A stretch of 64,000 nucleotides of DNA from Nitrospirota bacterium (GCA_963818475.1 CAWFSF010000005.1:128001-192000); one strand, 5' to 3'. Positions 31,673-42,508 are shown, counted from the first letter of the stretch. Numbers and translations are program-made. The notes: generated by a model not told the origin, from the sequence alone.

Positions 31673-31808
31673 TTGCCACGGATCAATGCGGATAAGAGTC
31701 GGATAAGTTCGGATTTTTTTCTCAGAAAAAACCCATTCTTTGGAAAAAATACCCGCCTCTGTTCCCATCCGCCCTTATCAGAAGTTCATCCGACACTTCC
31801 GTGTCCAA
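31673..31808. repeat. MITE-like intergenic element, copy 3
   Basis: TTGCCACGGA...CGGATAAGAGTCGGATAA...ATCCGCCCTTATC...TCCGTGTCCAA. Confidence 0.75.
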
Positions 31809-31845
31809 GGTTTTATTCCCTTTTGTCCAAATTATGATGCGTCCC

Positions 31846-32310
31846 TTACCCTGACGCTAGTGTGCACATTCCTTCTCGATTTCCAATGATTTTGCCGACG
31901 CGTCGGACGTGGCGCTCGGCCTTGGAGAACTTCGCGGCAAGGAACGTGCGCACGACCTCCTTGGCGAGTTCCGGCCCGACCACCCGCGCGCCGAGGCAGA
32001 GCACGTTCATATCGTCGTCCTCCACCCCCTGATGGGCCGAGAACGTGTCATGGCAAAGACCGGCCCGGATGCCGGGGATCTTGTTCGCCGCTACACTGGC
32101 TCCCACGCCGCTGCCGCAGATCAGAATGCCCCGGACCGCCTTGCCCGCTCCGAGGGCTCTGCCGATGGCACGGGCATAATCAGGGTAGTCCACGGCCTCT
32201 TCGCTGTTCGTGCCGAAGTCCTGCACCGTATGGCCGAGCGAGGACACGTATCGGGTGAGCACTTCCTTCAACCGGAACCCGCCGTGATCAGCTGCGAGCG
32301 CTATGACCAT
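31846..32310 (-). CDS. rpiB: Ribose-5-phosphate isomerase B
   Basis: ADHGG, DYPD, CGSGVG, ANK, NVLCLGAR and RHVRRV. Confidence 0.95.
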   Translation of the reverse strand: MVIALAADHGGFRLKEVLTRYVSSLGHTVQDFGTNSEEAVDYPDYARAIGRALGAGKAVRGILICGSGVGASVAANKIPGIRAGLCHDTFSAHQGVEDDDMNVLCLGARVVGPELAKEVVRTFLAAKFSKAERHVRRVGKIIGNREGMCTLASG

Positions 32311-32606
32311 GGGACGCCTCATTCACGTATGCGCAGTCAGATGGCTCCTCTGCGGCTTCTGTTCATACTTTAGTCCGTTTACCGATAAATTCTCGTGAAA
32401 AACGCAAGGACAATAAAAAGATAACACCCGGGAGAGGGAAGTCAAGAGAGCAACGGGGGTCGCTTCACCATCTGACATTGTTGTCAACGTTGAAGGAACG
32501 ACCCCCGATTTCGTCAGCCTGCTTATACGTGGACGTCCTGATATCTCCCTGCAATTTTATGATTCAAACGATCAGGGACAGGATACGTCGGGACCGTGCT
32601 TCGCGA

Positions 32607-32960
32607 TCAATAGCGGTAGATGTCCTCCTTCTTATCCAGGCCCGGTTCTTTCATGGCGGGTCCGGTGTCAGAAGGCATGGTCATGTCTTTCTCTGTGGGA
32701 GCCGGCTTCTCGGAGGTCTCGTCCATCGGGTTGGAACCCGGCTTTTCCATTCCGCCGGCAGCCGAGCCTCCTGCGCCCGGCTGTGACTGCATCTGGTTGA
32801 CCGTGCTCTTGCTCTGATCCTGGTCGAGCTTCTGGAGATCCTCGTTGCTGATCATCTTGTCACCAAGGTCCTTGCTCTCGGGCATCTTGTCATCTGCATA
32901 GGCCATTCCAAAGGCAAGTACGAACGCCATTCCCGCTAAAAGGGATAGTACCTTTTTCAT
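32607..32960 (-). CDS. Small secreted low-complexity protein
   Basis: AGGAGG RBS; signal peptide MKKVLSLLAG...AYA; acidic and Pro-rich body. Confidence 0.8.
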   Translation of the reverse strand: MKKVLSLLAGMAFVLAFGMAYADDKMPESKDLGDKMISNEDLQKLDQDQSKSTVNQMQSQPGAGGSAAGGMEKPGSNPMDETSEKPAPTEKDMTMPSDTGPAMKEPGLDKKEDIYRY

Positions 32961-33268
32961 AGGTATCACCTCCTTCCCTCACTTGAAATATTTCTCGATT
33001 ATATCTCCGGCTTTCGCGTTGTCAAGAAAGGGACAACTACGACTAAAGAGGGAAAATTCATGCAGGTGATCAGAAGCATTATTCATGATATTGCAGTACA
33101 CGGGTGGATGGAAGCGTCCGCAGATAGGCGCGACTGTTCAAGCACGCTTGCCTTTGCAGAACAATCTTGACATCACAAGCCTGCGTGGTAACCTTTAAAT
33201 ATACGTATGGCTGTCCAGCCGGCATGATCGGCGCACGGCAGCTCTCCCAGGAAAAGGGGTGATGCAGT

Positions 33269-33691
33269 ATGTTCGTTCGGGATTACGAATGGTATGTCAG
33301 GCACCTGACTGAGCACGTCCGCATGAAACCCGAGGACGTTGTCATTGTAGAGGACATCGCAGCGTGGTGCGCGGAGCACGGCGTGCAGGAGCGGGACAGG
33401 GACAAACCGCTCAAGCTCGTGTCCGGGAACGGCGCCGGCACGCACATGCTTATCGCCGCGATGATCCCCGACCAGGTCATCGAGGAAAGGATCAACGCCC
33501 TCCGGATCCGGAGCCAGCTCAAAAGCGTGGCCTTCGACCGGGCGGACTTGCTCAATTCAGCGACCAGGAAGCTCTCCTATCTTTTTCTGAAGGAATACGC
33601 ATCGAGCATTCCTGATCTGAAAGGCGACGAACTGGCTTCCGATGAATGGGTGTTCGAGCAGATGAAATGGTTTGGGATGTTGAACCCGTAG
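33269..33691 (+). CDS. Hypothetical protein
   Basis: 140-aa ORF with plausible RBS and codon bias. Confidence 0.7.
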   Translation: MFVRDYEWYVRHLTEHVRMKPEDVVIVEDIAAWCAEHGVQERDRDKPLKLVSGNGAGTHMLIAAMIPDQVIEERINALRIRSQLKSVAFDRADLLNSATRKLSYLFLKEYASSIPDLKGDELASDEWVFEQMKWFGMLNP

Positions 33692-33768
33692 AAGAACGTC
33701 CTGATCATATATAAACTGCCGCATGTCATGGGGCGGTCTCAGAGGATCATGGAAAAGGGGGCATTCGT

Positions 33769-34404
33769 ATGAAAGTCGGCATACTCGGATCAGGAGTGGT
33801 TGCACAGGTTCTGGCAGGTGGTTTTCTGAAATACGACCATGAAGTAATGATGGGAACCCGCGACCAGGGCAAACTGGCGGATTGGAAGGCGAAAAATCCG
33901 AAAGTCCGTGTCGGCAGCTTCGCTGATGCAGCGGCCTTCGGCGAACTCGTGGTCCTGGCGGTCAAAGGCTCGGCAGCAGCGGAAGCGCTCCGTGCAGCAG
34001 CTGCTGCTCTGGCAGGCAAAGCGGTCATGGATGTGACAAACCCGATTGCCGACCTTCCCCCGGAGAACGGCGTGATCCGGTACTTTACCGACATCAACGG
34101 GTCACTGATGGAGCGCCTCCAGAAAGAATTCCCCGCTGCCCGATTCGTCAAGGCATTCAATTCCGTGGGTAACGCCGGTATGGTCAACCCGGCGTTCTCT
34201 GGCGGGAAGCCGACGATGTTCCTCTGCGGCAATGACGACGCTGCCAAGAAGACCGTCATAAAGATCATTGAACAATTCGGATGGGAACCCGAGGACATGG
34301 GCAAGGCGGAAGCAGCGCGTGCCATAGAACCGCTCTGCATGCTCTGGTGCATTCCCGGTTTCCTCAGGAACGATTGGATGCACGCGTTCAAACTCGTGCG
34401 ATAA
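33769..34404 (+). CDS. F420-dependent NADP oxidoreductase family protein
   Basis: GILGSG, VLAVKG, DVTNP, VKAFNSV, CGND and ARAIEPL. Confidence 0.9.
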   Translation: MKVGILGSGVVAQVLAGGFLKYDHEVMMGTRDQGKLADWKAKNPKVRVGSFADAAAFGELVVLAVKGSAAAEALRAAAAALAGKAVMDVTNPIADLPPENGVIRYFTDINGSLMERLQKEFPAARFVKAFNSVGNAGMVNPAFSGGKPTMFLCGNDDAAKKTVIKIIEQFGWEPEDMGKAEAARAIEPLCMLWCIPGFLRNDWMHAFKLVR

Positions 34405-34666
34405 CGCCAGAAGGAAGACAGGGGGATATGTTTTCAACGCTGCAAAGGAAGGGGAACCCCTGTGTTCTTCCGGCGGTCTTCTTACGCAGCGCCCTGCTCG
34501 TCGCCTTTGTCTACCGTAGAAGTAATCGCTCATCAAAACCTTGTCCCGCAAGGAGTCCCACTGCGTTCCTATAATCAACCTATTCATCCCAAGTGCATCA
34601 CCAATGTAAGACACCAAAACGAAAGACACTTGGAGGTCCCCGGTCGATCGGATTATGGAGAGTACG

Positions 34667-35243
34667 ATGACAATTGAAGCGATCCTTTGGCGAAGGCTGG
34701 ACAGCCCGGGTCATGAGTACGCGCGGCTGTCGCGAGACGATGCGGGATGGCGGCTGGCCGGAACAGCGGTTTTTCAGCATGAGCAGCAGCCCTGCATGCT
34801 TGCCTATGTCGTCCTCTGCGACGAACAATGGCGAACGAGATCGGCGGAGCGTCTCCGGATGGGTGGGCGGCAGGCAGATTTCCCTTGAGGTGACCATTGA
34901 CAGCCAGGGATCGTGGCGAATGAACGGGTCCGTCCACCCGGAGCTGGCCGGATGCATTGACCTGGACCTGAACTTCAGTCCGTCGACCAATCTCCTTCCG
35001 ATCCGGAGGTTGAACCTGCTGGAAGGCCGGTCCGTGCACGTGACAGCTGCATGGCTGCGCTTTCCCGAGTTTACCCTGGAGCCGCTCGAACAGACGTATA
35101 CGCGCTTGAACGGCAACACGATCCGTTACGAAAGTTCAGGCGGTGCGTTTGTTGCTGAACTCAAAGTGAACCCTTCCGGCTTTGTTACAAGTTACCCTGG
35201 ATACTGGGAGGCAGAGACAACCTACCCCCAAGGAATTTCTTAA
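34667..35243 (+). CDS. Putative glycolipid-binding domain protein (frameshift ~34845)
   Basis: WRRLDSPGHE...CDEQW, then GCIDLDLNFSPSTNLLPIRRL and LEQTY in the next frame. Confidence 0.85.
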
Positions 35244-35399
35244 TTGGAAAAACAAGGCACCTGTCACTTTTGACAGGTGACGGCGAACAGTAAATCAGAT
35301 ACAATCATGCTAGCAAATTGTCGAGGGTATCCAGCATCATATCGAAACCCCGTTTTTCAGCTGAGCCCATACACATCTAACACATTGAGATTGTAGAAT

Positions 35400-37277
35400 A
35401 TGGTCCTAGAAAAAAAACATAAATATCCAAAAGGGTCTGATACGTTAAAGACATTGGCGGAATTATTTTTGCCTCATTACGAGGGAGTAGACGCCTTACA
35501 TTACCGGGCAAACCATCCAGAGCAAATCGATCTTCTAAATAACTTGGAAAGAGATGACCTTGTAAAAAGAGAGAATGATATATACCGGATGCGATTAACC
35601 GGCTTGGTCTTGCTGAGCGATAGCAATGAATATGTAGGAAATCTCATATCCAAATTTGAAACTCTATTTAATATTTTAAAAAGCCATTACAAGACAAACC
35701 AGCGTGATTACATGAAGGTCGCCGAGTTGGCGTCGCTCTCTGGTTTTGCGCAGGAGGAAGTTAAGGAATGTCTTAGTTACATGATCGTTGCTCCTGTCTG
35801 GGCAGGCCACTCGACAGATTTTTATATAGATAAAGACCCTGGAATTAGGCCATCCGAGGAAATAGTTAAATATAATAATTTCCAGGAAGCAATCGATCGG
35901 GTTCTAAAGTGGTCCGATGATCGCATTAATGCACGACTTATACAAGAACGTTCTCTTTCACGTACCAAGCGATTGTCAAAAAACTTTATAGCTATGAGTG
36001 ATGTCTTTCCTGCAAAACAACCGGCACTTGGTGCACGCTCAAAAAAGAAACTAATTACTTTTGAAACTGCTTTCGACATATATACAGCCGTAAGTCAAAT
36101 AGGAGAAGGCGGCGCTGGACGAATTTATAAGGCAAAAGACAAGTCAGGAGATATGTGGGCTGTAAAATTATTAGATCCTGAAAAAGTTTCCGGTGACAAA
36201 GTCAGGCGTTTTAAAAACGAATTGACTTTCTGCTTGAAGAATGAGCATGCAAATATAGTTACCGTTACTGATCACGGTGTTTTTAAGAAAGGTACGAAGT
36301 CATCTCCGTTTTATGTGATGAAGCTTTATGATGGGTCACTCCGGACACTAATACGCGCAGGTATTGCCACCAATAAGATATTGGCTTACTTTGGGCAACT
36401 ATTAGATGGTGTAGAAGCTGCACATCTGCTAAAAGTTACTCATCGCGACCTGAAGCCAGAGAATATTCTTTATGACAGCAAAAGTGACCTTCTCGTGGTC
36501 GCAGATTTCGGGATTGCTCATTTTGAGGAAGAAGAGATGTATACTGCCGTAGAGACCAAGGACTCTACCCGTCTTGCGAATTTCCAATACGCGGCACCTG
36601 AGCAGCGAGGGAGAGGTAATGAAATAGATCGGCGAGCCGATATTTATGCGCTCGGGTTGATCTTAAATGAGATGTTCACAAGAGATATTCCGCAAGGGGT
36701 CGATTATAAAACAGTGGGCAGCGTGGCGCCAGACTATGCCTACATAGATGATCTTATAAAAAAAATGATTCAACAAAAGCCGGAGACTCGCATATTCATC
36801 ATCGAAGAGATTAAGAGGGAGCTGATTGCCAGGAAAAATGAATTTATTGTTAGGCAACAACTAGACGAAGCGAGAAAAAAGGTTATTTCAGTGGCTGTAG
36901 CTGATCAGGTAGAACCAGTCCGCCTGATCGGTGTTGATTATCAGAGCGGGAATCTCACATTCGAACTGAGCCGTGTTCCTGAACCTGGATGGATACAAAG
37001 ATTTCAGCAGCCCAAAGAAGGTTTTTCTGAAATAATGGGTAAAGGCCCGGTTGCATTTCAATTCAGCGGGAAAACTGCTGTTATCCCGGCGAGAGAAGCA
37101 GAAGCACAGCAATTAGTAAATAACTTTAAACAATATATCCAAATGGCTACACGGGGGTATCAATCCGACATTGCAACACGGTCGGCAAAGGAAGAAGCTG
37201 AGCAACGACGTAGATTAGAACGCGAATTGGCAGAAGCGGAGACTCGGGCGAGGGTACTTAAGAACATCAAGATTTAA
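35400..37277 (+). CDS. Hanks-type Ser/Thr protein kinase with N- and C-terminal extensions (AT-rich island)
   Basis: GEGGAG, AVK, HRDLKPEN, DFG, YAAPE and DIYALG. Confidence 0.93.
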   Translation: MVLEKKHKYPKGSDTLKTLAELFLPHYEGVDALHYRANHPEQIDLLNNLERDDLVKRENDIYRMRLTGLVLLSDSNEYVGNLISKFETLFNILKSHYKTNQRDYMKVAELASLSGFAQEEVKECLSYMIVAPVWAGHSTDFYIDKDPGIRPSEEIVKYNNFQEAIDRVLKWSDDRINARLIQERSLSRTKRLSKNFIAMSDVFPAKQPALGARSKKKLITFETAFDIYTAVSQIGEGGAGRIYKAKDKSGDMWAVKLLDPEKVSGDKVRRFKNELTFCLKNEHANIVTVTDHGVFKKGTKSSPFYVMKLYDGSLRTLIRAGIATNKILAYFGQLLDGVEAAHLLKVTHRDLKPENILYDSKSDLLVVADFGIAHFEEEEMYTAVETKDSTRLANFQYAAPEQRGRGNEIDRRADIYALGLILNEMFTRDIPQGVDYKTVGSVAPDYAYIDDLIKKMIQQKPETRIFIIEEIKRELIARKNEFIVRQQLDEARKKVISVAVADQVEPVRLIGVDYQSGNLTFELSRVPEPGWIQRFQQPKEGFSEIMGKGPVAFQFSGKTAVIPAREAEAQQLVNNFKQYIQMATRGYQSDIATRSAKEEAEQRRRLERELAEAETRARVLKNIKI

Positions 37278-37311
37278 AAAAGCTTGCCCAAAGGACACCA
37301 AACAAGGAACT

Positions 37312-37947
37312 ATGGGACATAAGGAATCTATGTTTGAATCAATTCGGAAAGAGTTCTTTTATGCAGTTTTGTTGTTATTGGCAACTGCAGCTGTTTCTTA
37401 CTTATACCATAGATACACTGTAAATGAATTGGAAGTTGATTATACAATTGTGGATATTAAAATACCTGTTAGCTCCAGCCTGGCTCTACAGAATAAAAAT
37501 GGCAAGCAGCAAGTGAATAAATTGAAAGCGATGAGGATACTTGTAAAGAACCAAACAGAAAGGCCAGTAGCTGTAACTTCAATCGAAGCCTATGGGTTAA
37601 AGGATTATTATGGTGTAAATGTTTCGCGCGTACATAATGAACAAGATGAAATCTACAATCAAGTTGCGATAGATTCGTTTGAAAAGAACGAAGGTAAATT
37701 AATAATAACGCATTTCGACGACCTTCCATCAAAAAGAGAATATGAAATATTTATTCTGGGGAATTTTTACCCAGTATATGTTCAGGTTAAATCTGACCTT
37801 GGAATAATCGTCGCTACTAAAACTATTGCTGTGAGGGGCATAGAACTTTTTTTTGCTCGTTATTGGTCATTAGTCATAGTTGTCACAGTACTATCTATGG
37901 CATTGGTTGTATACTATTATAAAAGTAAGAATGTTTCAAAATCATGA
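37312..37947 (+). CDS. Membrane-anchored hypothetical protein (two TM)
   Basis: AT-rich ORF with N- and C-terminal hydrophobic helices. Confidence 0.75.
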   Translation: MGHKESMFESIRKEFFYAVLLLLATAAVSYLYHRYTVNELEVDYTIVDIKIPVSSSLALQNKNGKQQVNKLKAMRILVKNQTERPVAVTSIEAYGLKDYYGVNVSRVHNEQDEIYNQVAIDSFEKNEGKLIITHFDDLPSKREYEIFILGNFYPVYVQVKSDLGIIVATKTIAVRGIELFFARYWSLVIVVTVLSMALVVYYYKSKNVSKS

Positions 37948-39077
37948 GTTACGAAATCAAACGAGCACTAATATTGTCGTCAAGACGATTGATTGCATTT
38001 TCAATCGATGTTTTTTTTGCTTTATTTACCTTATTGTTAATAGAAGGGTTCATGGGCATTTTTTTAGCACATTTCACGCAATATGACACAAGGGAAAAGG
38101 CCAATCAATTCATAAGTATCTTTAATGGCGCACATGTCCTAATAATTCCGATAATGCTCGGCATTAACAATTCAATCCTGTTTGACGGACAATCTATAGG
38201 CTCAAAGCTAGTAAGGCTAAAAGTTTTTTCTCTATCCTCTCCATGGATGTCTGTCGCAGGTTGCATTTTGCGCTCTTTCCTCTTGCTAGGCCCGCCATAT
38301 CTTTATCTTAATCTAATTTTCATTCCATATGCTTCGCGTAATGTTACTTCTGAATTGCAGATCCCATTCCTAGAATTCGCAACGCTCATATGGTTCATAT
38401 TAATAATGCCGATATCAATTATTGCAGGTCGAGGCCAACAAGGATTGCACGATTGGATTTTAAGTATCAGAGTTGCTATGTTGCCATCACAACGACCTTA
38501 CAAAAAAGTTACTCAATCTTCATTGTCAGTATTCGCTTTTTTAACTATATCGATTATTGTTTCAGTTCTCCTGACTCAAGTCATTCAAAATAGCGTATTT
38601 ATGAAGAGGACTGTTAGCTTAATAGCTCCTGTTACCGACCGTATTTAGAAAAAACCAGTTCCTTCTTGGGTTGGTCAAGCCTATTATGATTTAGAAGGTG
38701 CATTGGACCCTGATAAGTATTCTGATTTAGCTGTTCTACTTTTTGTTGAGATGACGCCTATGAAAATTGAGGACTCTGATATTACAATTCCAGCTTATAC
38801 AGAAATAACAGACATACGTGTAAGCACGTGTGAGCCAGGTATTAATAGATTGAAAGAGGCGACCCTGGCGATTGGGAAAAGCGTTCAGCATGCGAATTTA
38901 AAATCAAAGTTTTTTAAAATAACTCTTTCGCGCGACATTGATGTGGGTATTATTCGATATGCGTTATCCTCTGAATGCCTTTATCAGAACGAAATTGAAA
39001 AGCCCCTAGATTGCCACTTCGGCATAGGCGCAGGCCTCAGATTCGGTAAGGAAGAACCTATAGGGTCACCCATTTAA
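37944..39077 (+). CDS. RDD family membrane protein with C-terminal domain (probable frameshift ~38645)
   Basis: RRLIAFSID, GQSIGSKLVRLKV and QGLHD. ORF 38703..39077 lacks its own good start and continues in another frame. Confidence 0.75.
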
Positions 39078-39154
39078 AGGGCACCATCAAGCGAAAACAG
39101 CTATCTCGTGACGAGAACGGGGTGTAAGGGGTGCCTTCATATGATTATCAGACT

Positions 39155-39221
39155 TAAATCTGTAGTTATTGACATCATTGCAAGGCAGACTACGATAACT
39201 CCACAATCAAATCTGACCCCA
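39155..39221. repeat. RAYT-end-like element
   Basis: aaatctgtagttattgaca ... caatcaaatctgacccca; same CTGACCCC/TTGACA layout as the RAYT ends at 42839 and 59625. Confidence 0.5.
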
Positions 39222-39227
39222 GAAAGA

Positions 39228-39398
39228 CCTCGAGGCTACGTGTACGTTCACTTTCGTTGCGACCCGGAAACTTGCTCACCCCGCTATACGGGGCTTTGTC
39301 GATGGGCTTCAAAAGGCAACGTTTCCCTCACCTCCTGCCATCCAAGCTACATGGCTTTGGCTTTTTGCCATGGCGGGACTTGCACCCGCGAAATACGG
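39228..39398 (-). mobile_element. Group II intron 5' fragment (part of domain I; no RT ORF, no domain V/VI)
   Basis: Minus strand GGGTGCAAGTCCC...GTAGCTTGGATGGCAGG...TGAAGCC...GACAAAGC...GTGAGCAAG...CGCAACGAAAGTGAACG...GCCTCGA resembles bacterial group II intron domain I (recognised from memory). Confidence 0.65.
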
Positions 39399-39448
39399 TT
39401 ATGAGCTTTAACACTGCAAAGAAGTGACGCTGTGACGCAATCAGCCAT

Positions 39449-39482
39449 AAAAAGGCCGGCAGTCTTATGATCTGCCGGCCTT
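39449..39482 (-). terminator. Intrinsic terminator of the lipoprotein pair
   Basis: AAGGCCGGCAG/CTGCCGGCCTT stem with a U-tract on the minus strand. Confidence 0.75.
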
Positions 39483-39492
39483 GTCTCGATTA

Positions 39493-40574
39493 CTATCGCC
39501 CTTCATACGCATCAGCATCAGCCGCGCTCGAAAACTCTATCGGCACTGCTGAGCTTTTTTCTGCGGCCTCATCGCAGTTTCTCGGAAATAACAAGTCAGA
39601 TTCATTTCTTTGCCAACGACTTGTCGAAATTTTTTTTGAAATCCTTGAACGCGACATCCGTAAGCGCGTAGAAATCCCGCTGCACCTTTCCGTCGGTTCT
39701 TTCAAATCGATGATCCCATTTCTCTCCTTGGTGAAACCAAAAGATCCTCCCTTACTATCAACCTTATAGAGCGGGACGCCGGCGTTCGAGGGTGAGAGAT
39801 CGTCGATGGTGCGAGCACCGGTGTCGATCGCGACCTTGCCGTCCCTTGTGACCAGTATCAATGCCGGCTCCATTTTGATCGTATCGAGGCCGCGCCCTCC
39901 CCAGGTGATGTTCTCTCCTGCTCGGCGTATTCCGGTCTGAAGGAATATGACAATCAGCCCGTCCAGATTAAGCTTGGTCGCAAGCTCTCCGATCTTGGGC
40001 AACATTGCTTCCCGGTACTCACTTAGATCAGATTGCTTCATGCCTTTTTTTTGTCTTTCGGCGCAGCGCTGCTCGGCAGTTTCCAGATCATATTGCAGGG
40101 TATGACCGGCATGTCACGAGCAGCGAGATAGTGCTTTATTTGATTCTGTCCGACATTTTCGAGGGAGTACTCTGCTTCCAATTGTGCGCCTAGTTGATTT
40201 AATTTTGCTACAAATCCCGTAGCCTCGCTTCCTGACTTCTGCTGTTTCGGAGCAGCCGGACGCTTCAAAAAATCCTGGAAGAGCGCGTTGTTCTTATAGC
40301 TTAACGGCACGAGTTTCCATTCCGGACGGTTCGCAAGCATATCGGTATACAGCCCGGCCGCGTAGTCGATGGTTGACTGCATCACCTCATCGTCGGTCGA
40401 TTGCGTTCCGATTTTGTCGATGTTAACCGACAAGATGCCGACTTTTTTGACGTTCATAAGAACATCATGGTTCACCATTCCCGCACATCCAGTCACGAAA
40501 AGTGCTGCAACCACGGCGAAAGTCGCCACCCATGAAGAAAATTTCAGCTTCTTGATCATCTTTGTTCCGTACAT
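39493..40574 (-). CDS. Hypothetical lipoprotein (frameshift in A-run ~40045; 3' end uncertain)
   Basis: Lipobox VTGC; ORF 39493..40041 continues from ...KDKKK across a homopolymer. Confidence 0.7.
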
Positions 40575-40627
40575 AGCGCCCCCCTTTTTATATGTTGTCG
40601 ACTGCTTCACTCTGTCAATAGCGTGTC

Positions 40628-41710
40628 TCACTGCACACCCTGTTCCTGCAGTTTCTTCCCGTCTTCTGCCAGTGTGCGCACATTATGGATTTCCCAGTTG
40701 CATTTGTCGCAGCGGCCTATCTTCATCGCTTCCTTGAAAGCCGCTTCGGCCTCTTCAAAGCGGAAGCTGTACTCATAAGCGAGCCCCAGGTTCCACCATG
40801 CACCCTGATAGCCCGGGTTCTGTTTGACTGCGACCTTGAACTGCTCTGCTGCCTCGGGCCAAAGACCGCTCCGGGCAAACTCTACGCCTCTGTTCATTTC
40901 AGGAAGCTTGAGACCGTTCTTTGCGAAAGACACGGTGACGTAGTCGATATGCGGAGTGATCTGCCGCACAAAATCGGCCACCCCCTCGTTGACTGCCTCG
41001 TTCAGCATGTCGTTTTTGTCGGGATCCGGAGGAAGCGTGTCCTGTGCCCGGGTAGTCCGTTGTACTTTCTTCGAGATATTTTTGCTCGCAACGATCATGC
41101 CGGTTGATATGTTCACGATCTGGACTGTTGCCGAAGCCGAGGCAGTCCCCAGCTTGATAAAGGTCGTATGTGCCTTCCCTTTCGCATCCCTTTTCTGCGG
41201 CTCCTTGCTGTCCTGTTTTGTATACGAGAACGCGGTAATGTCGCCGCTCAGAAGATATCCTCCCCCTACCAGCTTTGCCATTTCCGCAGCGATCGCCTGA
41301 CTGTCGGGGCCAACCAGCTTCGGGTCCACATCCCGGAGCACTTTTTCCATGCCTTCCCGCCCGAGCAGCCGGTTTTTTCCGCTGCGGTATAACCGGTCAA
41401 GAAGCGCGCCCGTCAGCGCCTGCGTTGCCGTCGGCTGCAGATTCGGGTTGCTTTCCCGGAGCTTCTGCTCCAGGATTGTACGGTCAAAGACCTCGAACTT
41501 TCCCGTTTCTACCAGCTGCCGCGTCAAGGCCGCTGTCATGACCTCGCCGCCGTCCCCCTTGAACTCAGTGATCAGGACTTTCCGCGGTTCCTTCAGATAG
41601 ATCTCGGCGGGCCGCGTAACGGGCACACGCATCGCGGGTGCACAGGCCGGAACCAAAAACAGTGCCAAAAACAGTGTCAAAACACTCGCATTGCCGCACC
41701 TTGATCGCAT
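40628..41710 (-). CDS. CsgG/HfaB-like lipoprotein with C-terminal TPR
   Basis: Lipobox VPAC; LVETGKFEVFDR, IVNISTGMIVAS and the TPR-like AWWNLGLAYEYS. Confidence 0.8.
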   Translation of the reverse strand: MRSRCGNASVLTLFLALFLVPACAPAMRVPVTRPAEIYLKEPRKVLITEFKGDGGEVMTAALTRQLVETGKFEVFDRTILEQKLRESNPNLQPTATQALTGALLDRLYRSGKNRLLGREGMEKVLRDVDPKLVGPDSQAIAAEMAKLVGGGYLLSGDITAFSYTKQDSKEPQKRDAKGKAHTTFIKLGTASASATVQIVNISTGMIVASKNISKKVQRTTRAQDTLPPDPDKNDMLNEAVNEGVADFVRQITPHIDYVTVSFAKNGLKLPEMNRGVEFARSGLWPEAAEQFKVAVKQNPGYQGAWWNLGLAYEYSFRFEEAEAAFKEAMKIGRCDKCNWEIHNVRTLAEDGKKLQEQGVQ

Positions 41711-42215
41711 TCGTTTCCTCCGTCGAACCGGGATTTCCAAGTGAGTTGTTGAAACTATCCGGTTATAATAATATGCAACTGAGGTACTATATCAAAAAAT
41801 GCCGTTGTTGCACACTACATTCTAAAAAAATTATCCATATCGGATTACTCCCTAAAGTTTTGTCTCATCGGATAGTTTACGTGCCTCGTAGAAGATCCAG
41901 ATGTCGAATCGAGAACGTTGTATAAGGCGGTAAGGGTCATGGATAAAGAGCTTCACCAATGACCTTAATCCCGATGTGTGACTAGTGCAGTGAAGACTGA
42001 CACCCGAAACCAATGAAACTGCGGCAATGGTTAAGGATGAAGATAACGACAAGGCTCGATGAGAAACGTACCGTTGCTCGTCACGAGACCCCCGAGGTAT
42101 GTGCAACCTTGGGCACACGGACCGCATGTTTCATACTTATTGCGTCTTGACTTATAGATAATTTTTGGGAAAAATAAAGATGAGTAAATTAATCCAAATA
42201 CAAGAGGAGGTAACT

Positions 42216-42431
42216 ATGAACACAGATATTCTCAAAGGCGGATGGAAGAAGATCAAAGGAGAGGTCAAAGTCCAATGGGGTAAGCTGACTGAAGACGATC
42301 TGACTCAGATAGAGGGCGAATCTGAGAAGCTGATCGGGAGCCTGCAAAAACGGTATGGTTACTCGCGGGATGAGGCCATGAAGGAGTATGACAATTTCAT
42401 GGCAAGACGCAAGAGTAAAAAGGCTGCATAG
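42216..42431 (+). CDS. CsbD family stress protein
   Basis: MNTDILKGGWKKIKGEVKVQWGKLTEDDL...LQKRYG. Confidence 0.93.
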   Translation: MNTDILKGGWKKIKGEVKVQWGKLTEDDLTQIEGESEKLIGSLQKRYGYSRDEAMKEYDNFMARRKSKKAA

Positions 42432-42483
42432 CAGCTGCATACGCTTAGAAAGGATGCCAGTCTCCACATCAAGCTTTTTAAAA

Positions 42484-42508
42484 AAAGGCACGGATTCCGT
42501 GCCTTTTC
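42484..42508. repeat. REP-like palindrome
   Basis: AAAGGCACGGATTCCGTGCCTTT, just upstream of a RAYT remnant. Confidence 0.55.

Noticed and set aside
35244-39110. Integron cassette array
   Set aside because: No integrase and no convincing attC sites (RYYYAAC...GTTRRRY) were seen between the AT-rich genes.
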